NCBI GenBank assembly: GCA_951804945.1
Contig: OX638164.1
Span: 7,626,001-7,690,000 of the forward strand
Length of the DNA: 64,000 nt
Source of the DNA: Podarcis cretensis
Taxonomy: Eukaryota
Direction: 5' to 3'
A program made the position numbers and the translations under genes. Positions 1 to 11,547 of the stretch are shown piece after piece. Numbering within the stretch: position 1 is the stretch's first letter; each line of letters begins with the position of its first letter. The notes under the pieces were generated by a model that made no database searches, had not been told where the DNA came from, and saw only the letters and a list, made by a program, of their open reading frames with translations.

Positions 1-1678
1 TAGCTAGTGGTCAGCTCCATGGCTTGGCAGGGGGACTTGAAGCAAGTTTTCCCATCTCTAAACTGTAGCCGTACTCACCACATAGGCTCTGTTGCTTTCC
101 CTCCTTTGCCTGTGTCTCCCCCATTTTTTCACCTTCTCTGTTTGTCCACATACCCCTTTCCACATTGTGAGTGCAAAAGAAGTCTTTTGGTGGAGATAAA
201 TGGTGTCTTGTGTTAAATTATGCAAAGTTGCTTTACTCACATTCCTCTTAATTGCAGAATTTGGGTTTTTCAAGCAAGAAAATCTGCACCTCCCTGCTTG
301 TGAGTAGCAATTGTCTAAAATTGATATTGTTAGTGTGTTAGGCTGGAAATGCATGATGCAGTAACTGATAACCTGCCTTTATTAAGATACTAAGTTTTTT
401 GTTGATACGGGGACTGCTTTGCATGTTAAACTATGACTTAACACAAATGAGCAACCACTGTACAAATCAGAGCTGCGCCCCTCTTCTTTGCTGTGCCGGA
501 AGGACACAAACCAAGTGTTGGCTTAAGTCTTATGTGCACCCAGGGCCCTTGATTGGTTCCTCTCCAAACAAGTCACAAGAATAATCCAAAGAAGATATTC
601 CTTGTTCTTATTTGTTTGGAGAGAAACAAGCCACAGTCGCTGATGTCCATGTAACACTAAACTAGTGTTTATATTTGTTTTCTTCTGGCTTTGCAAAAGA
701 GAGGAGGTGGGACAGGTGCAGTTTGAGCAGCATGCACTAGCACACCTGTTTATTCCTAGTAAGCCATAGTTGCTTAACTCTTGCTTGCCATTATGAATGA
801 ACCAGGCTACTGAGAGTTGTTGTATCTAACTAAGGCCTACTCAGAGAGGACCCATTGAAATAGGTGCTCCTAAATTAGCCATGTCTATTAACATCATTGG
901 GTCTACTCTGAGCCCTTGTACAAGCCATGGTGGCATAGGTTTCCAGTTTCCCCCATAAATGATTGCAGCCAATCTGTCCTGCAGTGCAGTCTGTCAATGC
1001 AGCTAGGCCACCTTCCATCCATCTGCTTTATCCACAACTGTGGTCAAGGAACAGCTGCACACACTTGGCCACTCTGTGCACACTTTAGTCAGAAGTGGTC
1101 GTTTTGACACAACTACATTATGGAACTCCCTGTTGGCAGAGACAGCATACCTGCAGTTGCTGCAAGTTCGGAAAGCAGCTGGGTCTCTTCCAGTGGGAAG
1201 GTCTGTTAAAACTCATTTGTTCTTGCTCTTAATCACAAGGACTTAAGCAGGGTAACACCCACTCTGTATAAAGTAGACAGGTCAGTGTCCCTTAAAGAAC
1301 TCCTGATCTAAAATGAACAAATTGGACCCATGAAATGAGAGGCAGTGGGAGGCTATCTTTGTCCCAGTCATTTCAGCAACACACTTAAAGGTGAGGGTTT
1401 GGTCTCCTAGTTCTTCTCCAATTTGCTAAATGGCTGGGTTTGAAGCTTTATACAGCTGTCCTAGCAGAGGTGATGTTGAAAGTGTTAAAATTATTCGCAT
1501 ACAACGGCTTCTGTTCAAAATCATGAAGGGATAGTTTTATGGAAATGCAAATCTTCCAAAACCCAAATCCACTTTCCTCAAGAGTTGCCAAACTTCAACA
1601 AAATTATTCCTTTTGATGAAAACTCTAACATGCATCTGTATATATGTGTCTCTCTTAAAAAATATTTGGCTGGAATAG

Positions 1679-1708
1679 CATGCATGAATGAAGAGAGTAA
1701 CAACCAGA

Positions 1709-1739
<31 letters not shown>

Positions 1740-1831
1740 GCAGCAGCCACAACAGCATGTCACAAACTGGCCTGGAAAACAGGTAGAGACCCTGAGATTA
1801 TGGGAAGAAGCTGTTAAAGCAAGGAAGAAAG
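1679..1831 (+). CDS. VEZF1: VEZF1 poly-Q coding exon (penultimate constitutive exon, 153 nt, phase 1 at both ends)
   Basis: AG at 1677-1678 and donor G|GTAAAA at 1832. Translates CMNEESNNQKQ12PQQHVTNWPGKQVETLRLWEEAVKARKK, matching recalled vertebrate VEZF1 (HVTSWPGKQVETLRLWEEAVKARKKE). Confidence 0.95.
1711..1755 (+). repeat. Coding CAG/CAA repeat (Q12-P-Q2)
   Basis: cag cag caa cag cag cag cag cag caa cag cag cag cca caa cag, read directly. Confidence 0.95.
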
Positions 1832-2905
1832 GTAAAAATCTATGCCCTTAGAATGTTGTTAAGTTATGCTATTGGTGATAGATCAAATTCACAATAACAC
1901 CTGTGTCATGGCAGCAGCCACTAGATAATCTGGCATTCCCTCCTGCCATTGCCAATCAGACTCACAATAGGTCCTTACTGCTTAATCACCTCAAGCAATT
2001 GCCCAATTATGAGAGCCAGGCTGGGAGGCATTAGTCCTATTATGTGTTAGCAAGTCACCTGTCAGCGTGGTCTGCTGCTTAAATAAAAAATGTGAGCTTT
2101 TGCTCCAGTGTTAAGAATCGGGGACATATAGAAAACTTTGATTTAAAACCTTTTATGGCAATTTCTTTTGTTAAGCTATGAACTCTAGTGATAGAATTAA
2201 GACTAGTCAGAGGCATACTAAAAAAAGAAAAGAAAAAAGAAGTTACAAGTCCTTCATCAGAGAACTAGTTTCTGGGTTCCCCATGGAGAATTCTCCGCAA
2301 CTTTGGAAAGCCAGAGAAGTTAAACTGGTATAAAGCCACAGTGTAGATATTCTCAATTTTGATGTCAGGTTGCTCTAAGTTGGCTAGGAAGGCATCTGGC
2401 CTAGGTTTCTTGACCTTGTTACCAATCTCATCCCACTTGCTTTTTATTCCCATCTTGTCTTTCACTTGACATTTTAACAACTTTCTGTTGCTTTCTTGTG
2501 TGATTAGTTGCAAAACAACAAAAAGTGGTATGTTCTCTTCTTGCCAGGGTGACTCCAAGACCTGCTGTAGGCTGAGCTGGTCACTCAGTTGCCTTTTTGG
2601 TAGCTCATTTTTGTCTTAACTTTATAACGCACACAAGTAAGCCAAGGAAGTGTTGGCTGACCATTGGAGGATAATGACATAACTCATCTAATGGAGTCTA
2701 AGTTACTAATTCTTCTCCACACTTGAGCTTCTAATGGCGGCCCTTTTGTTTCAGATACATTTTTTTCTTAAAATAGTATGAAAAGTACACTTCCCTTTCT
2801 ATTCTGTGTCTTGCGGTGGTGTCCATACAAGGAAGTAGCAGTGACCTAATGGAGTGAAAATCAGTGCCAGATTTTAAAAATCACTGTTTAAATGTAGGTA
2901 ATAGT

Positions 2906-3277
2906 GGCCTAGTTTGCACATATGTTAAGTCATGGCTTGTTAAACCATGATTTGTTGGCTTGTCTGATCCCCTGTCCAGCAGCTTAACTATGGTTTGTTA
3001 ATTGCCAAGAAACCACATTCTGAAGCCATAGTTCGCTGGCTAAGTTTTGTTTTGACAATGTTTTGACATTAAGTGCAAATCCAGTACCTTTCCTTAACCA
3101 TGGTTTGTTCAGCCACTGCAACCTAGATGCTTGCCAAGCTACAAAGACGGAAGGCAAGTGTAGCTAGGGGAAAAAAATCAACTCTTGAGAAGGAAGCCAT
3201 ATTTTGTTAAATTGCCTGTGGAACAACTCTTGGTTTGTTAGCCAAACGAGGGTTTTGGGTTATGGGTGAACTAGGCC
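2906..3277. mobile_element. Old non-autonomous TIR element (possibly PIF/Harbinger-like)
   Basis: Inverted termini ggcctagtt...aactaggcc flanked by agt on both sides; internal degenerate aaccat/atggtt repeats. Confidence 0.45.
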
Positions 3278-4625
3278 AGTATAATATATACATGGTTTTT
3301 TTGCATGAATAGAAGCTACAGAACAACTCTTGGTTACAGGTCCACTTTGATATTTCTCCTTCCATCCACACTAACTTTTTCAACTGTTGTTGATCAGTGT
3401 ACTTCCTTAAAGAATGTTACTGTAGTAGAAGTCTTGCAGATAATGATCATATGGCAATGTCCAGTTTTTATTAGGATTAATGAGTATATTGTTATCCTTA
3501 TTATTTGGATTTTTGTGTTGTACACCAAAGAAATCTGGCAATTATAACAAACCATCCAGGTGTTCCTCTTGCATTATTCTGCTTTCAGAGTTGAGATTTT
3601 CAGGGCAAAGAATGATACAGTAGATTCCATAATTATAATTTCTGGGCCACTAGAACACACTCTGACACACACTAGTCTTACCATGCTTTCTTCTAATTTC
3701 CCTTTGAAAAAGCTAAGACTTCTTGGGATGCTGAATCCTGAACACTAAATCCCACTCTTTCTAGTGAAAGATGTAGCAATATTTAATCTTATAATCCTGT
3801 TCCTCCAATGGCAGCATGCATGGCTTCATGCTAATTTGGCTTCACAGATAAATTGAGAATGTAACTGGTTCAAGGTTATTACTCAATTTTATGATTGACT
3901 AGGGATTTGAACCTGGGTTCCCCAATGCAAATCCAGGTTGCTTATGTATACGATCCTGACATGCTCTTAATGCTTAATGCATAGAGTCTTCCTTAGGACC
4001 CAGAGTTTCCCTTCCTTCCCAAATAAAGGTGTGTTGAAGTAAACTCTAGTTCTTCAATAACTGATGTCATATTTTAGCCCCACCAAACACCTGCATTTCT
4101 TTCTTGTGTTGCCATTTGCTCCTTTATCTTCCTCTGGTGCTTATGGTGGCTGCTAGCATCTTAATTTTCATTGCCCTATTTTTTATGAACTGTGCATGTA
4201 CACAGTACCAGGGAACTTGGGGATGGAGAGACTGTTCTTAGAGTTGTAGCTGGGTGGGGACCTGTGGAATGCTGAACTCTCCATAGGGTACAAAGACTGA
4301 ACTGGGAGAGAAGCCCCCGCAACCTAGGAACAGGGATGGTTTGACAACCTGGTGGAAGCTGAGCCTGCAATTACATTAATGGCCAATTTTCTTGGGCAAG
4401 AAGCAGAAGGCATTGGCCATTCCTTAAGGCAGTTTTAACCATTGATTGTTGGAAGACAGAGTTTTCACACATGATGTAGACTGAGCATTTTTATACCTCA
4501 GAATGCAAGAAAAGGGAATGTCAAGAAAAGAAACCATTCAAATAATTTTTGCCTGGTAACTAAAGGGCTGTGGAGATAGCCTGAGAAAGGATGGTCAGAG
4601 TGCGAGTGGAAAGTACTTTAGTCTT

Positions 4626-4747
4626 TTTTTTAAAATAATATTTATTACTTTTAAACCTTACAATAAAGAAGAAAAAGGAAAAAAAGAAGAAGCAAAAGAA
4701 AGAAAAAAAACAATACGATACAATATATAAACAGTACACAACGCAAC
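4626..4747 (-). mobile_element. Short 5'-truncated L1-type retroposed 3' end with a 14-bp TSD
   Basis: Direct repeat AGTACTTTAGTCTT at 4612-4625 and 4748-4761. The minus strand ends in AATAAA followed by an A-run. The target reads TT|AAGA, close to the L1 endonuclease consensus. Confidence 0.7.
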
Positions 4748-6524
4748 AGTACTTTAGTCTTAATCGATTCTGAATCACTTGCACAAAAGGAACAAAAGTT
4801 GCATTGCACTGAGAAGTGGAATCCATTGGCTCTGCTGCAGAAACACCAGCCACAGCACAAAGCAGCCCAGTGAACAAACAGAAAGATCTGACTTCAGGAT
4901 GCATCCTGCCTTGGCTTCTTGGGACACAAGTGAGGATGTGCTCATCCCAGGGGTACCAGGAAGCCTGGATGCCCTACTTGTGTTTGCTTCTTTTTCTCTT
5001 GCACTGTTAAAGTCTGGGTGCTCCTTAACTCATTTTCTCTTGTGATGGCAAGTTACATTGGTGCACACTGAATTATTGGCACCTAGGTTCCAACAGTTAT
5101 AAATGCAGGGCAGTATTGTGCATGCACAGTATCCTAAGGAATGTGATGGTCAGGACTGGAGTGCTGGCAGCTTCTGTATGCAATAGGTGGCAGATCAGGG
5201 CACGATGAGAGGCTGTAGGTCAGTTGAAAAAACCCATGCTCCACAGGTGGCAGATTCAACCCATGGCATCTTAAGTTTAAAAAATCTCAAATTTGCTGAG
5301 CTTGAAAAGTCCCCTGGTTCTCTGAAGACTTTGTATGCAGCTGCTAGTAAGAGTAGATAGTACTGGGATAGATTTTTGCCTCACACTTTGAGAGCCTATG
5401 TTGGCTGGGAACACTTGGCTTTGGTTAGAAATTTTAAAGTTAGACATGACAGTTTCATGCTCGTGTGTAAATGCAGCCGCCTCGGTTATACTAGAGAGTA
5501 GGGGGAAACTAGAGAAATGTCACTGAATGGCTTAATTGCAACACCTTTCCTCCACCTCCAATTTTGATTGCAGAAAGTCAACAGACACTGAGGCCAACTT
5601 CAGTCAAGCAAGGTAGGGTCAGATACATTTATATAGCTTGTATGGTAAGACCAGACCCTTGGCTCTCTTAGAATCTGATTCCCCAGATACAGTTCCTCCA
5701 CGTTTGTGGGCTATAAGGCGGCAGTTTCCAGACTCAGACAATAACACTAGCTCCCTGTCACTAAGAACTAAGCACCCTGGGGAATTGTATAGGGGCTAGA
5801 GCCCTGTCTACCCAACCACCTTTTGCCCCTGCCAGTCTTTTCTTAATCTCACCCTCCCTAGTTGTGCAGTATGAGGCCCACCTTTTGAAGGGTGGGATAC
5901 AGTCTTGGTTGTGCAGCAGAGCAATAGCATGGCACAACCAAGGCTTCATGCAAGTTGCTACCTGAAAGAGATTCTGGCTATATGGCTTTGATGCACTAGC
6001 AAGTATGTGAACAACTTTATGCCTTGGCTTTATGCCTGGAGCTTGCTTAAGTTGAGGTTTCCAAGAGCAGTTAGCTGTTTTCATGCCATAACTAGAGGAG
6101 TTAGTTGCACAACGTTTTCTCCCGCCCCCCCCCCGCCCCCCGTATGTGAGCATAAGTGTTCTATGGCTAGCCAGCAGGTGGTGCTGATATACTAGAGGTA
6201 TTTACCTCTACCATCTATTCTTCCTGCTTATTCTCCCCACACAGTTAGCCCCAAGGGTCCTCCTTGTGTACAGCGTAAGCCTAACTCTTTCTCAAAATTG
6301 TAAAGGAAACATTGGTGTGTAACTTTTAGCCAACCTGAAAAGCTATGTGACCAGTGGGGTTTGATGCACACACCTTACTGACTAGGGTGTTGTAGTAATT
6401 TAGTAAGAAGTTACACTTACTAAATTATTCCGCCAACTGTGGTTTAAATTGATCTTAAGCAGGTAAATAGTAAAACCAGCTTTATGTATTGGTCCCTAAT
6501 AATGACTTTTTAAAACCTTCACAG

Positions 6525-6569
6525 AATGTCAGTACAACTTTGAGAAGGCTATAGAGTACGTACCATTCG
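6525..6569 (+). CDS. VEZF1: VEZF1 45-nt in-frame cassette exon, (E)CQYNFEKAIEYVPF
   Basis: Branch-like ctaat at ~6496-6500, acceptor cttcacag (AG 6523-6524), donor G|GTATGT at 6570. 15 codons, no stop, phase 1/1 matching both neighbouring exons. Resembles an ECQFTFEKAIEYVPF insert recalled from VEZF1 isoforms. Confidence 0.8.
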
Positions 6570-7263
6570 GTATGTACACTCTCCTCTACTTATAATGTTC
6601 CTCATGAGAGGATTTTCTGCTAATACTGTGCTGTTTTTATGAACAACTCCCCCTTTTATATTTTAAAAAACAACTTTCGAAGGAAATGTATTTAATTCAG
6701 ATGAATTGCATGATTGAAGTTAACCTAGGCTGTAGAATTAATTGTATTTAATGGTCTTATTCCCAAGTTGATGCTGTTTGAGGATACTTAACTGTTGCAG
6801 AGAGAGAACTGAGAATTTGTTGACTGCCATTAGTTTTCTAAAAAAGAATCCAGTGGTTTTGCCAGATTACCAGGAAACCTGAGAATAGCCGCAGGTTGAT
6901 GGTTAATTTGTTGGCCTGCAAGCACTCCATAGCCATTGGCTGAGCTGCTGTGAGGGGATCAAAACATTCTCACTGCTCAGGAGTGAACTGTCAGCAATGA
7001 GGGTCTGGAGCTGGAAGGGGCCATGTGTTGCAGTGGGAAGGGATACTTAGAGGTGGAGGGCTGGCTTTGCAAGAGTACAGGTATGAACCCACAAAAAATT
7101 GCAGTAAGGTTTATGTAATGGACTAGCCGTCCATTATTTAATGGACCCTTCTAAGGACTGCCATGCCAGGGGTTCAGAGTCTTCTCTGGGGTGTCTTTAA
7201 TTTTAATGTTTAGGAAAAACAACAACCTTTGGTCTCTTTTTATATCTCTTTCTTGTTTTTTAG

Positions 7264-7691
7264 AAGCTGCTAACCTGTGCCAAACGTCCACTGCTGCCAC
7301 TACGCCTGTGACTCTTTCTACTCCCTTCAATATAACTTCCTCAGTGGCATCTGGGACCATCACCAACCCAGTCACAGTGGCTGCTGCAATGAACATGAGA
7401 AGCCCAGTCAATGTATCAAGCGCAGTTAACATCTCCAGCCCGATGAGCCTAGGCCACCCTGTCACCATTACCAGTCCGTTGTCTATGACCTCTCCGTTAA
7501 CACTCACCACACCTGTTAATTTACCAACTTCAGTAACTGCTCCAGTGAACATAGCACATCCGGTCACTATAACCTCACCCATGAACCTCCCGACGCCAAT
7601 GACATTAGCTGGTCCATTAAATATAGCAATGAGGCCAGTGGAGAGCATGCCTTTCCTTCCCCAGGCATTGCCAACCTCTCCCCCATGGTAA
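7264..7691 (+). CDS. VEZF1: VEZF1 terminal coding exon (Pro/Ser/Thr-rich C-terminus)
   Basis: Long polypyrimidine tract plus TAG (7261-7263). Translates EAANLCQTSTAATTPVTL...MRPVESMPFLPQALPTSPPW, stop TAA at 7689-7691; the recognisable VEZF1 C-terminus. Confidence 0.97.
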
Positions 7692-9730
7692 AAACAAGCA
7701 AACAAAAACTCACAGCAGTATTAAAAAGAGGAATGAAAAGCAGGTCCTTACCAGCAATTATATTTTTGTTTCGTTTGTTTTTGTTTCGTTTTAGTTAGCA
7801 GCGGTAATGAAACCAGGCTAATTCAGCTGGGGCAAAAATAATAATAATCATGCACCGTTTTTAAAAATGGAAAACTATTATAGTGTCTCTGTTTAGTTAG
7901 CTGGCTGTTGATCTATATTACTGGACCACATTTGTTTCCTTCAAGCTGGCAGTGATGTTGGAAGAGGAACAGATCGGAGTTGAATCCAGTCATTTTTTAA
8001 AAAAACAAATAAATCAGCATTGCTGATAGCCCTGGAAATTGCGAATGAAGAAACAGTTTTAATCTAATGAAGAAACGGTTTTAACCTGAACATTAGAAGG
8101 CTTAAGAAAGGCCCTCCATGTTATCATGGGATGGAGATGGATCACTTGCCAGCTCGTGTCCCTCTGATTCAGAACGTAGTGTTTGTAGTGTTGTTTTTTT
8201 AAGTAAATGCATTACATGGTCCTTTTTTTGTTTTGTTTAAGAAAATGCATTTTGAGTAATTATGCATTTTACCTTTTGGGAATATGATAATTTCAGGCCG
8301 AATTCCCTATGGGAAAAGTGATACCAGCTCTGATATGCAAAGCATATGGTAACTTATCATTCTACCTGCAACATATACATAACTAGGGATTGTGACCTGA
8401 TATTTGGAGATGTAAATATTACGAGACATATTACCCTAAGGGAATATAACATCATATTCAACATTAAAATGGAGAAAAAAAACTGTTCAATGTTTGGCAA
8501 GGAACAGCTGTGGCTGGTGGAAGAGGATTTGAAACCTACACAAGCATGGTCTCTGCTCAAAACCCAGTTGGGACTCTTTCGGAAGAGCAAATAATGGGCT
8601 TTGGAACACAGAAAAACAATGCTTTAAGCTAGAAGACTGGAGATGCTGGGGTATGATGTATGTATGCCCCCCATTCTCCCAATCAGAACCTGCTGACTGT
8701 GTTGACAAAGGAGAGCAGGTGTTGTTCACTAGAAGTTTTTTGTCTTATATTATGAAATGATATACAGTTTTTATTCTAACCACTAACTAGTTAGGATGCC
8801 CCTTCAGGACAAGCCAAGTGTGCATCTTATTGTTTTGTGTTCTTTTCTTTTTTTAAAGCCCCTTTCTTCCCTTCTCCTTAATCAAGTGTTGTGCAGATCT
8901 CTTCAACTTTGTAAATATTTGCAGGAGAAACCCCCCCCCAATCATTTTTACTTTTAGTTAATTGTGTTAACCCATAGTTATCAATTTGTGGGGGGTTTCC
9001 CAGTAACTATCTGACCTATCCAGTGAAGGAGAAATTCCCCTTTCCCCCACCCGATGGTCTCATATTTTTTTTAAAAAAAAATACAGCTACACATTTCTTT
9101 CAACTTTTTTTATCTGTACTTAAAAAGTAGGATGGAAAATCTAGGGAAGAGGTTACTTTTTTAGGCTATCATGTCACAAACATTTTTTAATCTTCATTAA
9201 GACCTGTCCTATAAACAAGATAACGTGAGAAATAATTGGAGGAGCAGCCAGGTGGCTATTGATTGGAACCAGGGGCCTCATGACAAAGTGGCTATCAATA
9301 CTTTGATTTTAATGGGATGCAGGCAAGCCTGTGAGGGTCAAGCCCACTGGTGTGGTTTTTTTGTGTTAATACCCATCGTGTCGGTGTAAAAGCAACATAT
9401 TCCGTACTTTTGAGGCATACGTCTGGGGTCAGGAGACGGATGCCCAGATTATGTGAAAACAATTCTAGGGGCTTGGACTACATAGTAAAAAAAAAAGGGG
9501 GGGGAATAATAGAACTTAGTGTAAAATAATTTTATAAATGATCTTTTGTACCTTAGGACATCAAATTGTACAACTTTTGTATATATAAAAGCTTAGGAAC
9601 TTCCTGTGTAGCAGAAAGAGAACACATTCCTACACTTTTAATGTATATGTTTGTTATAATGTCATGTAAACATATGCCCCATGTTTGTGCCTTTTAATTA
9701 GTTTGTCTCAATAAACAGAAATGTAGAGAC
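7692..9730 (+). other. VEZF1: VEZF1 3'UTR
   Basis: Repeat-free AU-rich stretch from the stop codon to AATAAA at 9710-9715; 3' end approximate. Confidence 0.75.
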
Positions 9731-9750
9731 GTCGTAGTTATGTGTGTATT
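9710..9750 (+). terminator. Polyadenylation signal with GU-rich downstream element
   Basis: AATAAA at 9710-9715, several upstream TGTA motifs, downstream gttatgtgtgtatt. Confidence 0.7.
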
Positions 9751-10984
9751 GCCGTACAGTATTTGTATTTATGCACTGTTCCGTTTTCTATTTTTGTCAA
9801 GATCAGTGCATGAGGCAGCTTGCAAACCTTGCGATCCGTTGCAAAAGTGCATTGTTCCAGGGATGCATATGTGCTCATTTGAAGATTTTGATCTGTATGT
9901 CCTGCCTGTTCTATACAGAAGAGCTAACCATTGATTGGGATGAAACCATCAAAAAACCCTCTTCCATTAGTGGGAATGCCTCCCTGCCCTGGAAGAACTG
10001 TTTCCTACTTTACAGAAGAATGAAAGACTCTACACAAGCTCTTTTCATGAATTCCCCCACCCAGCCACAAGTTTCCTTGCATCAACGTATGTTATTACTG
10101 TACTCCTGATGTATAGTGGCTCTGTGCAGAGGAGATAAGTCATTCTCTGTTAGCTCTTGCACAATAATTCATGGAACGTTACCAATCCATTTTATCCTCC
10201 TTCACTCACAGTTCTTTGCACCCAATCCATTGTCTGGATATGTGATTTGGTAAAGTGGTGAATCAAACCACAGCTGCTTGCAGCTTGCTTAAACATAACA
10301 CCCCATACATACATAAATGTAGAAAGGGGGAGGGCTCCAGAGTTGGCAATCGCCCAGTAAGAACACTTGTGTAGGTGTTGCTGGTCAATGGTCCTGTCAA
10401 GAGCCTTTCCTACACATTGTAGGTAATGAATACATATAGAAGGTTGTATATAAAGACCAACCAGGTTGATGTGTTGGTTTTAATGGATGATTATGTATGG
10501 AATTCTGCAACACCGTGCTCCTACAAATTTAATGCATCCCAAATAGTTTGTGTGAATGTAACTCTTAAAAGAGTTCACTGCCTGTGCTTTGCAAGCTCAA
10601 AGTAGTGATTCATTCACCTTAGAAAGCAGGCAGCATTCTCAGCAGGTAAGTTCTATTGCCTCTGTTTCAGGTGTTTTTTTATTGTAAACCACCTTGTGAT
10701 CCACATACGAAGGGTGGTGTAGAAATTTAATTAATAATAATAATAAAGTGGGCCACCCAGGGACAGTTCCTGTTTCCTGTTGCTCCAAACAGCAGTACTA
10801 CAACAGATGGATGGAAATTGCAGGTTGGGTGAGGCAAGGTTTTTTAAAATAATATTATTTCTTCTGTCCAGCTGGCTGGACAGAAGAAGAGGGTCAGGAG
10901 AGGGTCAGAGCTCTTTCCAGAAGACTGAACTGATCTCTTGCAGAGGGCTTCCTTCCCATTCCATTGCTTCCTCTGTTTGGCTCC

Positions 10985-11300
10985 CCCCACCTACATTAAA
11001 TCGAGCTGGCACATATCCACACCACCCATTTAGAGCACTCTCATGTCACTTTAAACAGTTGTAGCTTCCCCCCAAAGTACCCTGGCATGTGGTTAGGTAA
11101 AGGTGCTGAGAGTTGCTAGGAAACCCCTATTGCCCTTAAGAGTTACAATTTCCAGAGTTCCCTGAGAAGATAAATGGATAAACCATTCTGGGAATTGTGT
11201 CTGTGAAGCAAGTCAGGGTTTCACAGCTACCGTACTGTCGGCACCCTTAACAAACCAGTTCTTTTGGAGAAGCTGTGACTTGATGGTACAAGTGTCCTTT
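10985..11300. mobile_element. Unclassified interspersed repeat (related copy at ~56825-57015, fragment at ~41555-41630)
   Basis: Shared blocks gcactctcat..ctttaaac, aggtgctgagagttg and acaatt(t/c)ccagagttccctg at separate loci. Confidence 0.55.
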
Positions 11301-11305
11301 AAATA

Positions 11306-11547
11306 CAGTCGTACTTCAGTTTACGGACTTAATCCATTCCGGAAGTCCATCCTTAAACCAAAACCGTTCTTAAACTGAGGAGTGCTTTCCCTAATGAGGC
11401 CTCCCACCGTCGGTGCCCTTCCACCGTTTGGATTCTGGTCTTAGACCAAGGTAAAGTTCTCAAACCAAGACACTATTTCCGGTTTTGCAGAGTTTGTAAA
11501 CCAAATTGTTCTTAAAACCAGACTGTTCTTAAACCGAGGTACCACTG
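11306..11547. mobile_element. Tc1/mariner (pogo/Tigger-like) MITE
   Basis: TA|cagtcgtacttc ... gaggtaccactg|TA; same TIR as the copies at 34255 and 39545. Confidence 0.8.

Noticed and set aside
4841-4929. Possible extra VEZF1 exon (ETPATAQSSPVNKQK...)
   Set aside because: Weak polypyrimidine tract, and the GTGAGG donor gives a phase incompatible with the downstream exons.
7151-7705. 184-aa - strand ORF
   Set aside because: Antisense shadow of the VEZF1 last exon.
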